From Eledone cirrhosa (Eukaryota), in the NCBI GenBank assembly GCA_964016885.1, contig OZ024748.1, forward strand, positions 33,108,001-33,172,000: a stretch of DNA of 64,000 nt. The letters are read 5' to 3'. A model generated the notes under the pieces. That model made no database searches and had not been told where the DNA came from. It worked only from the letters and a program-made list of their open reading frames with translations. Both the position numbers and the translations under genes were made by a program. Position 1 is the first letter of the stretch, and each line of letters starts with the position of its first letter. Positions 13,794 through 28,238 of the stretch are shown here, in pieces.

Positions 13794-13800
<7 letters not shown>
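12821..13800. repeat. Partial tandem (~1.6 copies, 616-bp period) of an interspersed repeat in (TA)n
   Basis: ggtcctaggcagaacg occurs at 12821 and 13437. A diverged copy lies at ~42630-43203. Confidence 0.85.
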
Positions 13801-13844
<44 letters not shown>

Positions 13845-13994
13845 TTTCTCTCCCCTACATCAGTCTTACACTGTCATATCTATTCTTACTTTACAATCGT
13901 GTCTACTAAGAGTTCCATTACAATCTGTAGTAGTAAAACTACTATTTCACCAGAATATCTGCTATCAGTCATATATGTATATACATATATATAT

Positions 13995-14340
13995 GTAAAC
14001 AGAAATAACAACACAATCGGAACAGTATATGGAAGCGATATATTAGGTTAACGCTTGATATAACAGGAAGAGGGTCTTAACGTTTTTGATGCTAGTCCTT
14101 CATCAGAAGAAAGAATGAGAAATAAAATAGATTGAGGGGAGAGGAGGGTTGGAATAGAAAAAAATGTCTTTACATAAAAATATCTATGTAATGTAATGTA
14201 ATACAGCCAAAAGGGCACATAATGGGAAAATACTTTGAAAGGAAGTTGACCCTGAAATGGGAATACAAATGGAATAAAACGAGTTTCGAGTAAATCGGAG
14301 CAGTGTTCCCAAGATATGGGGTTTCTGGGGTACATTCATA
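13995..14340 (-). mobile_element. pLTR-like repeat with decayed hammerhead (second copy ~17465-17655)
   Basis: Minus 14075-14110 reads UCUU CUGAUGA A GGAC UAGC auca aAAAC GUU AAGA. The copy at 17547-17577 retains GGAC-UAGC-GUCC GAAAC GUU AAGA. Confidence 0.65.
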
Positions 14341-14562
14341 AATAGAGAGAGAGAGATAGAGAGAGTTGTTGTGACAGAATAGAGTGAAAGAGAGACATAG
14401 AGAGAGGGAGAGAGAGCTGGTGGTGTTTTGTGTATATATATATATATGTGAGTGTGTGTGTGTATATATATGTATATGTGTGTGTCTATTACCAGTATAT
14501 ATAGATCACAGACACCCACATATATATATATACACATAATATATATATGTATGTACACACAC

Positions 14563-14610
<48 letters not shown>

Positions 14611-14714
14611 GGGCCTTCCAGTTTCACATTATATACATGTCTGTATAAAATTACTTTGTGGTGAACGTTACCCAACGGGTCACTGGTGGTCAATATACAT
14701 ACATATATATATAT

Positions 14715-15020
14715 CGTCATCATCATCATCATTTTACGTCCACTTTTCCCTGCTTGCAAGGGTGGGACGGGAACTGATTTTGACTTGATTTCTACAGCTG
14801 GATGCTCTTCCTAACACCAACCTCATTTACAGTGAGTGATGGGTGATTTTTTTGCTGTGGCACTTCCACGACCACTTTGCAGTGGAGTGATAGGGACCCC
14901 AGTCCTATCATCTCATTTCTACAGCTGAGTAAACTGGAGCAATGTGAAATAAAGTGTCTTGCTCAAGGAAACAACACATGACCCGGTATGAGAATTGATC
15001 TCACAAGCCATGTGCCTCCA
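14715..15020 (-). mobile_element. SINE family B with (ATG)n tail, internally deleted head
   Basis: Homologous to 16110-16503 and 40680-41022. Confidence 0.8.
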
Positions 15021-15464
15021 TATATATATATATTTATATCAAGCAAGAATTTGTTGGTGATTCCTCTCTCTTCCACAGAATCTCTGTATTGGACAACAAG
15101 ACTCAGCACAGTGTCTCCTTCATATGTTGGACTACCTCAACACCAACGACCCTCTCACAGGTAAGTACATATCCATCAAAGCTGGAGGTGAACCAATTAT
15201 CAAAGTACTTCATCTTTTTAACTGTTTTAGCACTGCAGGAAAAAAAGCCCAGACATGTTCAAGAAAGCATTGATAGTTGTACTCTACAAAAAAGGTAGCA
15301 GACATGATTGTTGGAACTATTGTCCTATCAGCCTATTAACCCTTTAATGTTCAAACCGGCCAGAATTCTATACCTTTTTCTGTTGAAGCTGGCTGTATCT
15401 GGTCACTCAAACTGATGTTATGGTATTGTTCTCAAAATAAATACTTTCAAAATCGCATAGATTC

Positions 15465-15815
15465 AATATTATGTAAGATAAAGCTTTCACTGTGAAAATA
15501 CAATAGTATATATAGAGTAATGTAAATGTTATGTGAGGTATTATGTGAGATAAAGCCTTTACTGTGAAAATATAATAGTATATGTAGAGTAATGTAAATG
15601 TTATGTGAGGTAAAGCATTTACTGTGAAAATATAATAGTATATATAGAGTAATGTAAATGTTATGTGAGATATGTGAGGTAAAGCCTTTACTGTGAATAC
15701 AATACAATAGTATATATAGTGAATACAATAGTATATATAGTATATATATGAATAGTATATATAGTGAATACAATAGTATATATAGAGTAATGTAAATAAT
15801 ATGTGAGTTAAAGCT
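15465..15815. repeat. Degenerate ~60-70 bp tandem repeat
   Basis: Recurrent tactgtgaaaatataatagtatatatagagtaatgtaaatgttatgtgag. Confidence 0.75.
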
Positions 15816-16109
15816 TCTCTTCCTCTCTCTCTAGAAGGCCAGATCCTTTCTCAACCATGGAACCATGTATTACTTGATGCCCTGTTTCGGGGTCACAAAT
15901 TGTCAGATTTCTCTGACCCTATACTTTCGCTCATCATCAAGGTAAAGTCTCCCTTTATTTATATCCCTGCTTTGTGTGGTTGGTGTTAGGAAGGGCTTCC
16001 AGCTGTAAAATACCCAACAGTCCTCACCGGAGCAAAGCGCAATGGAGGCCAACTATGGCCAGACGTGACCCAGACTCTGCCTCCTTCACTGTGTTTATCA
16101 CCAGAACTA

Positions 16110-16503
16110 TCATCATCATCATCATCATCATTTTACGTCTGCTTTTCTCTGCTTGCAAGGGTGGGACGGGAACTGATTCTGGCTTGATTTCTACAGCTGG
16201 ATGCCCTTCCTAACACCAACCTCATTTACTGTGTGTGCTGGGTACTTTTTTGCCGTGGCACCTCCATGACCACTTTACAGTGAGTGTTCGGTGCTTTTTT
16301 GCCGTGGCACATCCACGACCACTTTGCAGGGGAATAATAGGGGCCCCAGCCCTATCATCTAATTTCTACAGCTGAGTAAACTGGTACAATGTGAAATAAA
16401 ATATCTCGTTCAAGGAAACAACACATCAACTGGTCTGAGAATTGAACTCACAACCTTTCGATTGCAAGGCCAATGCTCTAACCACTAAGCCATGTGCTTC
16501 CAT
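16110..16503 (-). mobile_element. tRNA-derived SINE family B
   Basis: Head on minus strand GCACATGGCTTAGTGGTTAGAGCATTGG...GAGTTCAATTC (A/B boxes); (CAT)n tail on plus. Confidence 0.82.
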
Positions 16504-17075
16504 GTATATATGTATATATATATACATAAAAGATAAACAAAAGATGGCATGTTCACAGACACTCTATGATGAACCGTAGACTAGAGAACTCAACAACGCT
16601 GGCCAATAAAATCTGGCAGCTTAAGGATTAATATGGGATTAGCTGGTCGAAATTTAATTACCGCTCACCTCCACATCTATAACATAGCCATTTGTTCCCC
16701 TATATATGCCTGTGTCTACCGTTCCTTCATAAACCAGTTCCTAGATCATGCTCACAACACCGTCATCCTGAAATACCACATCCACCAGATGCTGAAGGAT
16801 GCACACGTCATGTTAAAAGCTGGTAAAATCCAATCAGATCAAGTCCTCATGAAGAGTCTGTTGCACAAGTTAAATAGTATGTGTGTGTGTATATATATGT
16901 GTGTGTGTGTGTATATATATGTGTGTGTGTGTGTATATGTGTGTGTCTGTGTGTATATATGTGTGTGTATATATATATATATATATGTGTGTGTGTATAT
17001 GTTTGTGTGTCTGTGTGTATATATGTGTGTGTGTATATATATATATGTGTGTGTGTGTATATATATATGTGTGTG

Positions 17076-17148
<73 letters not shown>

Positions 17149-17357
17149 AGAGGTGTGTATATAATAAATAATGTATATAATCTACGCCAAATCGTGATTA
17201 AAACTTCTACTTTGCAGCTCACAACTGTAGCTGGCGGCTGTGATGTTGACAAGAATGTAGTACTCAATGTAGGGTGCATGATAGAGGGACAATACATAAT
17301 GCATTGAGGAAGGGGGAAATACATAATGAAAAACACACCAATATATATATAGTATAT

Positions 17358-17466
<109 letters not shown>

Positions 17467-17899
17467 GTAAACAGAAATAAGAACACAATCGGTACAGTAT
17501 ATGGAAGAGATATATTAGGTTAATGATTGATACAACAGGAAGAGGGTCTTAACGTTTCGGACGCTAGTCCTCCATAAAAAAAAAGGATGAGAAATAAAAT
17601 AGATTAAGGGGACGGCTGGGCGGGAATTTGAAAAAAATGTCTTTAGATAAAAATACAAGTTCTTTCATGTTGACATCTCTTGCAAAACTATATATATATA
17701 TCAATGATATTAATAAATGGAAACAATATTTATAAAACCATATTTATTCTATTATATATATTTCAAGGGTACCTAAACTTTGTTATGCTCTCATCAGATA
17801 AAATACAAAGTTTGTTTTATAAATAGTGACATACCCAGGAATGATACCCTAACGGTTCAAGTTTCTCCTGGATAGTGAAAGGGAAGAAAGAAAAAAACA

Positions 17900-19193
<1,294 letters not shown>

Positions 19194-19813
19194 CTAAAAC
19201 TATTTCTTCTTCTATATTTCCCTCAACTGTGATTTCAGTTAATATCTGAAGATAATACAAACTTATATTTCACCCAAGTTTAGTTAAAATACAAAATAAT
19301 CTCATAGTGATGAAAATAAATTCAGTTCTGATGAAATATTTCACAGTAATTGAACTATAGATTTATATAAATAGTGTTATATAAGTACTGTTTAAAATGT
19401 TTTAGTCTTCAAATGATGATAGATATAGGTGATGTATCCGAGATTGAAAATAATAATTTATCCCAATGTCATCTGGTATGCTGAAATGAAAAAGAAACAG
19501 TATGAGATAATACATAATACTTTAGAAGCAGAGATAGATTTAACAGTGGACATTTTATATTTCTATATTGATAAACTGTAGATATAAACTTTCCTGTCCA
19601 GAGTAATTCTCTCCAATGTAAGAAGTGGTATTCAAGCAAGCTCTGTAAATTATATCCTACTCTTGGGAGATCTGCTCTATGGCAGTTTAGCAAAAAATTC
19701 ATTCTGATAGCACTTTCTAACGTAGCTAACATCTCCTCTCCTGGTGACATGTCAACACCAGTTTAACATATACATATATAACTATATACACACATACATA
19801 TATACACATATAC

Positions 19814-19849
<36 letters not shown>

Positions 19850-22292
19850 GCAACTTTTACAAACAACCGCAATGACAGAGGACGGAGACATCGTTATGCT
19901 AGCAGGGAACTTCAATGGTCATGTTGGTCAGCTCCAGGATAGTTACATTGGGGTACATGGTGGGCACGGTTACGGCTCAAGAAATGAAGAAGGAGTGAGA
20001 CTACTTGAATTTTGTGATGCAAGTACACTGAATATTTGCAACACTAACTTACAGAAACCTGCCAACCCCACCTAATAACCTACAAATCAGCCGAGCACAT
20101 AAGCCAGATTGACTTCTTACTAGTTAGGCAGAGGGACAGGCAGATGGTGTCAAATACCAAGGCATACTCTGGGGAAGAATGTACCCCACAGCATAGGTTA
20201 GTCGTTAGTGATATCTCAGTAAGCAAGAGATGAAATAAGATATACAGGAAGGTATGTAAAAGAAAGGTCTGGAAGCTAAAAGACCTTTCACTAAAATACA
20301 AATTTAGGAAAGCCCTTCAAGATGTGTATAACGAAAAAGAAGACGATTTAGAGACGTATGACATAGATAATAACTGGAATTTCTTACGTGACAACTTACT
20401 GCAGGCTACTGATGAAACTTGTGCCTGGAGCAGAGCTCCAACCAGACAGAGAGTGACCTGGTGGCGGAACAGCACAGTAGATAAGGCCATTAGAGACAAA
20501 TGACTAGCATGGAAGGCTTGGAAAAAGGGTGGGAGTAGGGAAGAATATACAGTCGCTAAGAGAGAAGTTAGACGTCAGGTGTACTTAGCACGCAGGGAGG
20601 CGGAGAGTAGGAGGTTTGCCAATGTTCTGCGATGGGAAGATCAGAGGCGTGCGGTGTTCCACAATGCAAGGCAGTGTGTCAATGCAAATCAGAATGTTGT
20701 TGGAGATAAATGTGTCCGGAATGATGCCGGTGTACGTAGTGTCACGAATGATCAGAAAAAGGAGGCCTGGAAATGTCATTATGAGAGACTGATGAATGTG
20801 GAGAACAAATGGGAGAGAGAGAAATTACCCTCAGTAGATCCGACAGAGGGACCAGCTATTGAGATTGACGAATATAGGGTCCAAGAGGCGATTAAGGAAA
20901 TGAAAAATGGTAAGGCTGCTGGACCGTCGGGGATAGTTGCTGAGATGCTGAAGGCATCAGGGGACATAGGCACTAAACTGGTTGCACGCATCATCAATCT
21001 GGTTATACATGGTGGTGTCATACCCAAATACTGGTGCAGCAGTATTCACATAAATTGCTACAAAGGTAAAGGGGATGCGCTGGAGAGGAGCAATTATAGG
21101 GGTATAAAACTGATGGATCAGGTTATGAAAGTGGCAGAAAGGATATTAGCACAACTAATTAGAGAAAGGGTCAAACTAGATGAGATGCAGTTTGGTTTTG
21201 TGCCTGGGAAAATACAACAGATGCCCTCTTCTTGGTGAGACAATTACAAGAGAGGTTCTTAGAGAAGAGTAAGCCACTATACTTAGCCTTTGTTGACCTA
21301 GAGAAGGCCTTTGATAGGGTACTCCAATCTCTCATCTGGTGGTCCCTAAGGAAACTAGGTGTTGAGGAATGGCTTGTGAGGACAGTGCAAACTTTGTACA
21401 GAGGTGGTGTCAGTAAAGTGAGGCTAGGAATGGAGTTTAGTGAGGAATTCCAGATACAAGTAGGAGTACATCAAGGTTCCGTTCTCATCCCGCTCTTGTC
21501 CATTATAGTCCTCCAAGCCATAACAGAGGAGATTATGACTGGCTGTCCATGGGAACTTCTCTATGCTGATGATCTGGTTCTTATAACAGAATCAGTAGTT
21601 CAATATGCATAAAAGGAACTAGCATAAATTCTATAAAATACACACAATGCAGATCCTGGGTACACAAGAGATGTAGTGGGATAGCAAGGAAACTAACAGG
21701 TAGGGAGAAATACGTATGCAGTAGATGTACAGGGAAATTAGACAGTAGAAGTCGCAGTGATAGACACATTTTTCTATTCCGGGCGGGTGCTATAGAAGTG
21801 GTGGATAGCTTCCGGTACCTAGATCAGATTAGCATGGGAGAGGGGTGTTCTGGGGCCATAGTATCTAGAATAAGGACGGGTCGGAAGAAGTTTAGGGAGC
21901 TGCTGTCGAAGAAGAGTTTTCCCTTGTGTAGGAAAGGCCGGTTACATGATGCCCGTGTGAGGAGCGCGATGCTGCATGGTAGTGAGACATGGACAGCAAC
22001 TGCAGAGGATATGCGACGGCTGGAGAGAAATGAGGCAAACATGCTGCGTTGGATGTGCAATGTTAATGTGTGTGAATGAACCAGCATGGATGTGTTGAAA
22101 GAGAAACTGGGTCTGAGAGGAATAGAATGTAGTGTGCGAGAGAGGAGACTGAGGTGGTATGCACATGTGATGCGCATGGAGGATGACCGATGGGTGAACA
22201 AGTGCCAGGAAATGCCAGTTGAAGGAAGACGTATTAGAGTTAGACCACGAAAAACATGGGCGGAGGTGGTGAGAACAGATATGTTTAAATTT
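19850..22292 (+). mobile_element. RTE-clade LINE, degenerate (AP endonuclease plus RT)
   Basis: GNFNGHVG, QIDF, KAAGPSG, NYRGIKL, QFGFVPG, FVDLEKAFDRV, GVHQGS, LYADD, RRLRWYAHV; many stops and frameshifts. Confidence 0.92.
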
Positions 22293-22363
22293 AATTAATT
22301 AAATCAAATATATACATATATATATATACATATACATATATATATATATATATATATACATGC

Positions 22364-22424
<61 letters not shown>

Positions 22425-22488
22425 TATATGTATATATATATATATATATACATACATATATATATATATACATATATATATACATATA

Positions 22489-22524
<36 letters not shown>

Positions 22525-22542
22525 CATATATATATATATACA

Positions 22543-22580
<38 letters not shown>

Positions 22581-22910
22581 CATACATATATATACATATA
22601 TATATACATATATATATGATGATGGCTGCCCCCTCATTATCGAGTATGGCCATTGCACGAGGAGAAAGAAAAAAATAATAATAATAAATAAATAAAAATA
22701 AAAAATAAAAATAAAAAAAGAATATATATATATATACACATACATACACATACACACACACACACACTTACACACACATATACACACACACACATATATA
22801 TACATATATATATATATGCATATATATGCATATATATATGCATATATATATACATATATATATATGCATATATATATACATATATATATATATGCATATA
22901 TATATACATA

Positions 22911-25900
22911 TGTAGCGACGTGGTTAGTCAGTCTGGTCACTACTTCCGATCAGATCCGAGAATAACCCTTAAAAGGACTGTTATCGCATATGGTCTGATC
23001 GTATCTGAAGATAGCCCTTAAAAGAACTGTTGTCACATACGGTAAGGATGAACAGACGAAAGCACAAGTTAAAAGGACGAAGCATGGCGAGAGATCTAAT
23101 TTCGATCAGCTAGTTATTTTCACATGAAGCGACGATACAAGTTACAAGGCGTGTGTGAGTGACAAGTGTGGCAGAGGCGAGGAACAACGATACGCGAGTT
23201 GACTCTGCCAAATGTCGACCGGCGAAAGTGTTTGGAATCACTCTATTTTTACAGAAATAATCGTTTGATGTTTAGCTGCTGTGTAGACGTTTATTCTGGT
23301 GACTTCTAAGGGTTGTTTGTTTCACGGTGAGGTAGCTAGCTAACAGATAGATGGAGCTGTATATTTCACAGATGTTATTTCCGGTGGCTGTACATTAGCC
23401 CCCCTGCCAGATCTTTTGTACAACAAAAGAGCGAAATATCGTATAGTAATGGGCCAGTGGTGCATATGTCATGACAATAGCCCAAGGAGTGTCCAGCACG
23501 TTGTGAAATTTTGTGATCATCGAGTTCGAACGAAAATGTGTGTCCAATCTTTAATGTCTGAAGGTACGTGTGTGGCCGTGTTCTGTTGACGGGTGTTTTC
23601 AGGAGCAAGGTGAGACATATATTGTCGAGGACGGTGTACGTATGATCCTGGGTCTGGAACATCCCGAGGAGAGATGGGAGCAACCATCTGACCAGGTAGA
23701 ACCAGGGTGGTGCCGTACACTAATTCTGCAGGTGTGTGTCCGAATTCCTCCTTAACGGTGGATTGAATGCCCAGAAGGCAGGTATTCAAACCAGTGGGTC
23801 TTGTCTGGATATGCTTTTATTGCAGCTTTCAATTGCGATGGATTCTTTCCACGAGACCATTAGCTTGCGGGTGATAAGCTGTCGTGCGAATGTGTTTACA
23901 TCCTAACAGGCGAGTCAGTTCCCTGAAGAGGTGGAAGTCAAATTGGCGTCCTCTGTCCGTTGTTATCTTCGATGGGGCGCCATAACGTGATACCCAGTGT
24001 AAAACAAAAGTTTTAGCGACTGTTTCCGCTGAGGTATCATTTATGGGAAAAGCCTCAGGCCAACGGGAAAATCGATCTATGCAGGTGAGCAAGTGTGTGT
24101 AGTTCTGTGATGGTGGTAGAGGTCCGACGATGTCGATATGCACATGATGAAAACGTGCATCAGGTTGCGCGAATGTGCCGAGTGGAGTTTTGATGTGTCT
24201 GTGGACTTTGGTTTTCTGGCAGGCAATGCAGCTCCTGGACCAGTCGCGCACGTCGTTGTTAATGTTAGTCCACACAAAACGAGCAGAGATGAGTTTCTGT
24301 GTAGCCCGGATTCCCGGGTGAGACAAGCAGTGTAAAGCAGAAAAAACTTGTCGACGATGCATCTGTGGTACGTGCGGTCGTTCATGACCGGTAGAAAGGT
24401 CGCACCAAATTTGTCCCGGATAAGAAGGAATGGGAACTTGCTGAAACTTGAGGGATGGCGAATCTCGGAGCTTGATAAACTCTTCGTCAGTCTCTTGGTC
24501 AGCTGGGATCTGTTGAAGGTCGATGCCTGAATGCACATGTATTGCGTTCAGCTGGATTCGGGACAGGGGGTCGGCTGCTACGTTGTCTGATCCCTTGATA
24601 TGCCGAATATCAGTTGAATATTGGGAGACAAAATCCAGGTGTCGGAGTTCTCTCGGTCAATGTCGATCAGGTTTGGTACGGAACGCATAAACTAGTGGTT
24701 TATGGTCCGTGTAGATCACGAAATCTGATCCTTCGAGCATGTGCCAAAAATGCTTAACCGAAAGATAGGTTGCCAAGAGTTCGCGGCCAAAGGTACTGTA
24801 TTTCGTTTCTGCCGGTTGCAACCGCTTAGAAAAGAAGGATAAGGGTTGCCATACGCCGTCGACATGTTGTTGTAAAACGCCTCCAACCCCCGTGTCTGAT
24901 GTGTCCACTAGCAGCGAAAGAGGAGCGCCAGACCTGGGGAAAACGAGCATGGAAGCGTTTGCCAACATTTCCTTCAGGCGGTTAAAAGATGTTAATTCTT
25001 CCTCGTTTAGAGTGATCTCTTCGTTTTTGCGAGTCCGGTTACGAAGAAGGTCTGTGAGGAGTCTGGCTGCGTCGGAACAATGAGGTATGAAACGCCTATA
25101 AAAATTCACCAGACCGAGGAATTCACGCAGTTTCCGAAGTGATATAGGTGCGGGAAAACTGCGGATAGCTTCTACTTTTTCGGGAAGTGGACGAATGCCG
25201 TCTTTATAGATGATGTGCTCGAGAAAGGACAGGGAAGGAACGCCGAGAAGGCACTTGATGGGGTGGTTGATGATACCGTACTCAGCCAAACGTTGGAAAA
25301 GGAGATCTAAGTGCTTCTCGTGTTCTTGCTCGGATGTACTTGCTACCAGCACGTCGTCAATATACGCGTATACGAAGGGTAGATCACGTAACACGGTGTC
25401 AATAAACCGCTGAAAAGTTTGTGCAGCGCTGCGCAGACCGAACGTCATTCGCAGGAATTCAAATAAACCGAACGGTATTGTGATTGCGGTCTTCGGAATA
25501 TCTGCAGGCTCCATAGGTATCTGGTTATATACAGGCACCAAATCTATCTTGGAATAGATGCGTGCGCCTTGCAGGGAGGCAGAAAAGTCGTGCAGGTGAG
25601 GTACAGGGTAATTATCGGGTACTGTAGAATTGTTAAGTGCACGATAATCCCCACATGGTCGCAAATCATTCTCGGTTTTTTAGGAAGTGTAGGGGTGCAG
25701 ACCAGTTGTTGGAAGAAGGGCGAATGATTCCGAGGTCCAGCATGTGTTGGAATTCCTGATTGGCGATTCTCAATCGGTCTGGAGGCAGTCTCCTTGGTCG
25801 GGCAGCTGTGGGTGGTCCTCTTGTCTCGATGTGGTGTGTGACACTATGCTTAATAGGACCATCCTTAAATACCGGGCGAGTGATGTCTGGGTATTTCTGG

Positions 25901-26579
25901 AGAATGCCGTTGTACCGCGAAGACTCTGACTGGCAAATTACAGGGCTCACTGTGGATTGCGTGGTTAATATACCTCTCACAGTGAGGTTTGTGGTGGTGT
26001 CAATAAGCCTATGAGATAACAGTCCTTTTAAGGGCTATCCTCGGATCTGATCGGAAGTAGTGACCAGACTGACTAACCACGTCGCTACAATTGGTGACCC
26101 CGACGTGATTAGTCAGTCTGGTCACTACTTCCGATCAGATCCGAGAATAGCCCTTAAAAGGACTGTTATCGCATACGGTCTGATCGTATCTGAAGATAGC
26201 CCTTAAAAGAACTGTTGTCACATACGGTAAGGATGAACAGACGAAAGCACAAGTTGAAAGGACGAAGCAAGGCGAGAAATCTAATTTCGATCAGCTATTT
26301 ATTTTTACATGAAGCGACGATACAAGGTACAAGGCGTGGGTGAGTGACAAGCGTGGCAGAGGCGAGGAACAACGATACGCGGGTTGACTCTGCCAAATGT
26401 CGACCGGCGAAAGTGTTTGGAATCACTCTATTTATACAGAAATAATCGTTTGATGTTTAGCCGCTGTGTAGGCGTTTATTCTGGTGGTTTTTAAGGGTTG
26501 TTTGTTTCACGGTGAGGTAGCTAGCTAACAGATAGATGGAGCTGTATATTTCACAGATGTTATTCCCGGTGGCTGTACA
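22911..26579 (-). mobile_element. Ty3/Gypsy LTR retrotransposon, gag/protease deleted, pol disrupted
   Basis: Direct LTRs 22911-23394 (TG...CA) and ~26101-26579. Polypurine tract (cccccct on plus) next to the left LTR. RT (YIDD)-RNase H at 24657-25664 and integrase (HHCC, DIVGP, TDRG, ER) at 23829-24536, in gypsy order. Confidence 0.95.
26092..26109 (+). promoter_or_regulatory. Primer binding site, probably tRNA-Trp, in inverted orientation
   Basis: TGGTGACCCCGACGTGAT follows an LTR end (...CTACA, 26089). It is complementary to the eukaryotic tRNA-Trp 3' end as recalled, not searched. Confidence 0.75.
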
Positions 26580-26580
26580 C

Positions 26581-26656
<76 letters not shown>

Positions 26657-26894
26657 TATATACATATATATATACATATATATACATATATATACATATA
26701 TACATATATATATATATACATATATATATATACATATATATATATATATGGTTGCTGCCAACTCGTTTTCGAGTACGGCCACTACTTTATATCCATGTAG
26801 GAGAACCCCTACCGATGCGCTGAACAAGTGTGACATTTTAGTCCAGCCAGCGACTTGAAAACTCTGGTACAAACAGTACACTTGTGACAATTAT

Positions 26895-27355
26895 TGACAC
26901 ATAGTGCTAGGCCCATGGTACCATGTTACGACAAGTGCAGAGAGATCTCCAGATATAAAGCAATGCCTGTGCCGTGAAGCTTTTATAGCGAGCAAAGGCA
27001 CTGCACAAAGCCAGTCCCACTCTCTTAACCAAGATGATATTTACCAAAAAGAAGAACAAGTCAACATCATTGGATACCATCAGGGTTGCAGGTGTTATAT
27101 CAGAGTTTTCCTTCTCCTAGAATCCTGCCTTGACAAAGGCTAAGGCGGCATCTCTCTCGGTGATTTTGGATGGCCATTGACTCTTGAGGGCTCCTTTGCC
27201 CTTTGACAGGTTTTGTTTTTAGTCCTGCAGGATGTCCAAAGTCACCCTCCTCACCAAGAAACCTTGGTGGGGTGGCCAGTTTAGTCGCCAACGACCCGAC
27301 CATGGGACAGGTTTTACTGGAATACATGTTACCAGTAGCACCAACTGGTAACCTG
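26895..27355 (-). mobile_element. Unclassified interspersed repeat, copy 2
   Basis: Reverse complement of 880-1345. Confidence 0.8.
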
Positions 27356-27385
27356 ACATAAATAAATATATATATATATACTTAC

Positions 27386-27464
<79 letters not shown>

Positions 27465-27467
27465 TAC

Positions 27468-27549
<82 letters not shown>

Positions 27550-27554
<5 letters not shown>

Positions 27555-27857
27555 GTACTTTAGGCACAAGGCCAGCAATTACCCAGTGCATTACCGGTAC
27601 GTTATTTTATCGACCCCGTAAGGATGAAAGGCAAAGTCAACCTCGGCTGGATTCCTCCTTTGGCGCTGACAAGCAGCGTCTGTGCGAGACTCTGCCGAAG
27701 CAAAGCTGGACTCTAAAGTGTATGTGTATGTAGATATGTTTATGTGTGCGCTCGTGTGTGTATATATATATATGTATATTATTATTGTTATTATTATGTT
27801 TGTTTTGTTTTTTTCGTGCAATGGCCATACTCGATAACGAGGGGGCAGCCATCATAT
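27550..27857. mobile_element. SINE A fragment (minus) fused to RTE 3' tail (plus)
   Basis: 27550-27648 matches SINE A. 27650-27857 is the reverse complement of 33378-33580. The same tail is at 22619-22660. Confidence 0.75.
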
Positions 27858-28195
27858 GTATGTATATATTTATATATATATATATATATATATATAAATT
27901 GAAACAAAATGAAAACGAAATTTCATTTCTCACTCTTAGTATGGCACTTACTTAAATGTAAGTATGCATGTATACGTACATACATATATGTATACAGACG
28001 TACAGTAGCATGCACATATATATATATATACATATATATATACATATGCATACAGGTACACATACATATATGCACGTATCAGTTTAGCGGCGCTAACGTC
28101 GCTTTGTTCGTTTGTAAACAAACTGAACAGCCTGAATTTATGCCATACGGTGTTAAGGCAACCACGTCACCTTTTTGTTCAACACTGACACAGGA

Positions 28196-28238
28196 ACGAT
28201 GTACTAGTTTCAAGCTTGTTAGCTATCATCAGCACCGT
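28196..28238 (-). ncRNA. Type I minimal hammerhead ribozyme (also starting at 28660, 29124, 29588, minus strand)
   Basis: Reverse complement is ACGGUG CUGAUGA U-AGCU-AACA-AGCU-U GAAAC UA GUA CAUCGU. Confidence 0.9.

Noticed and set aside
16430-16503. tRNA gene
   Set aside because: It is the tRNA-like head of a multi-copy SINE and continues into the SINE body and tail.
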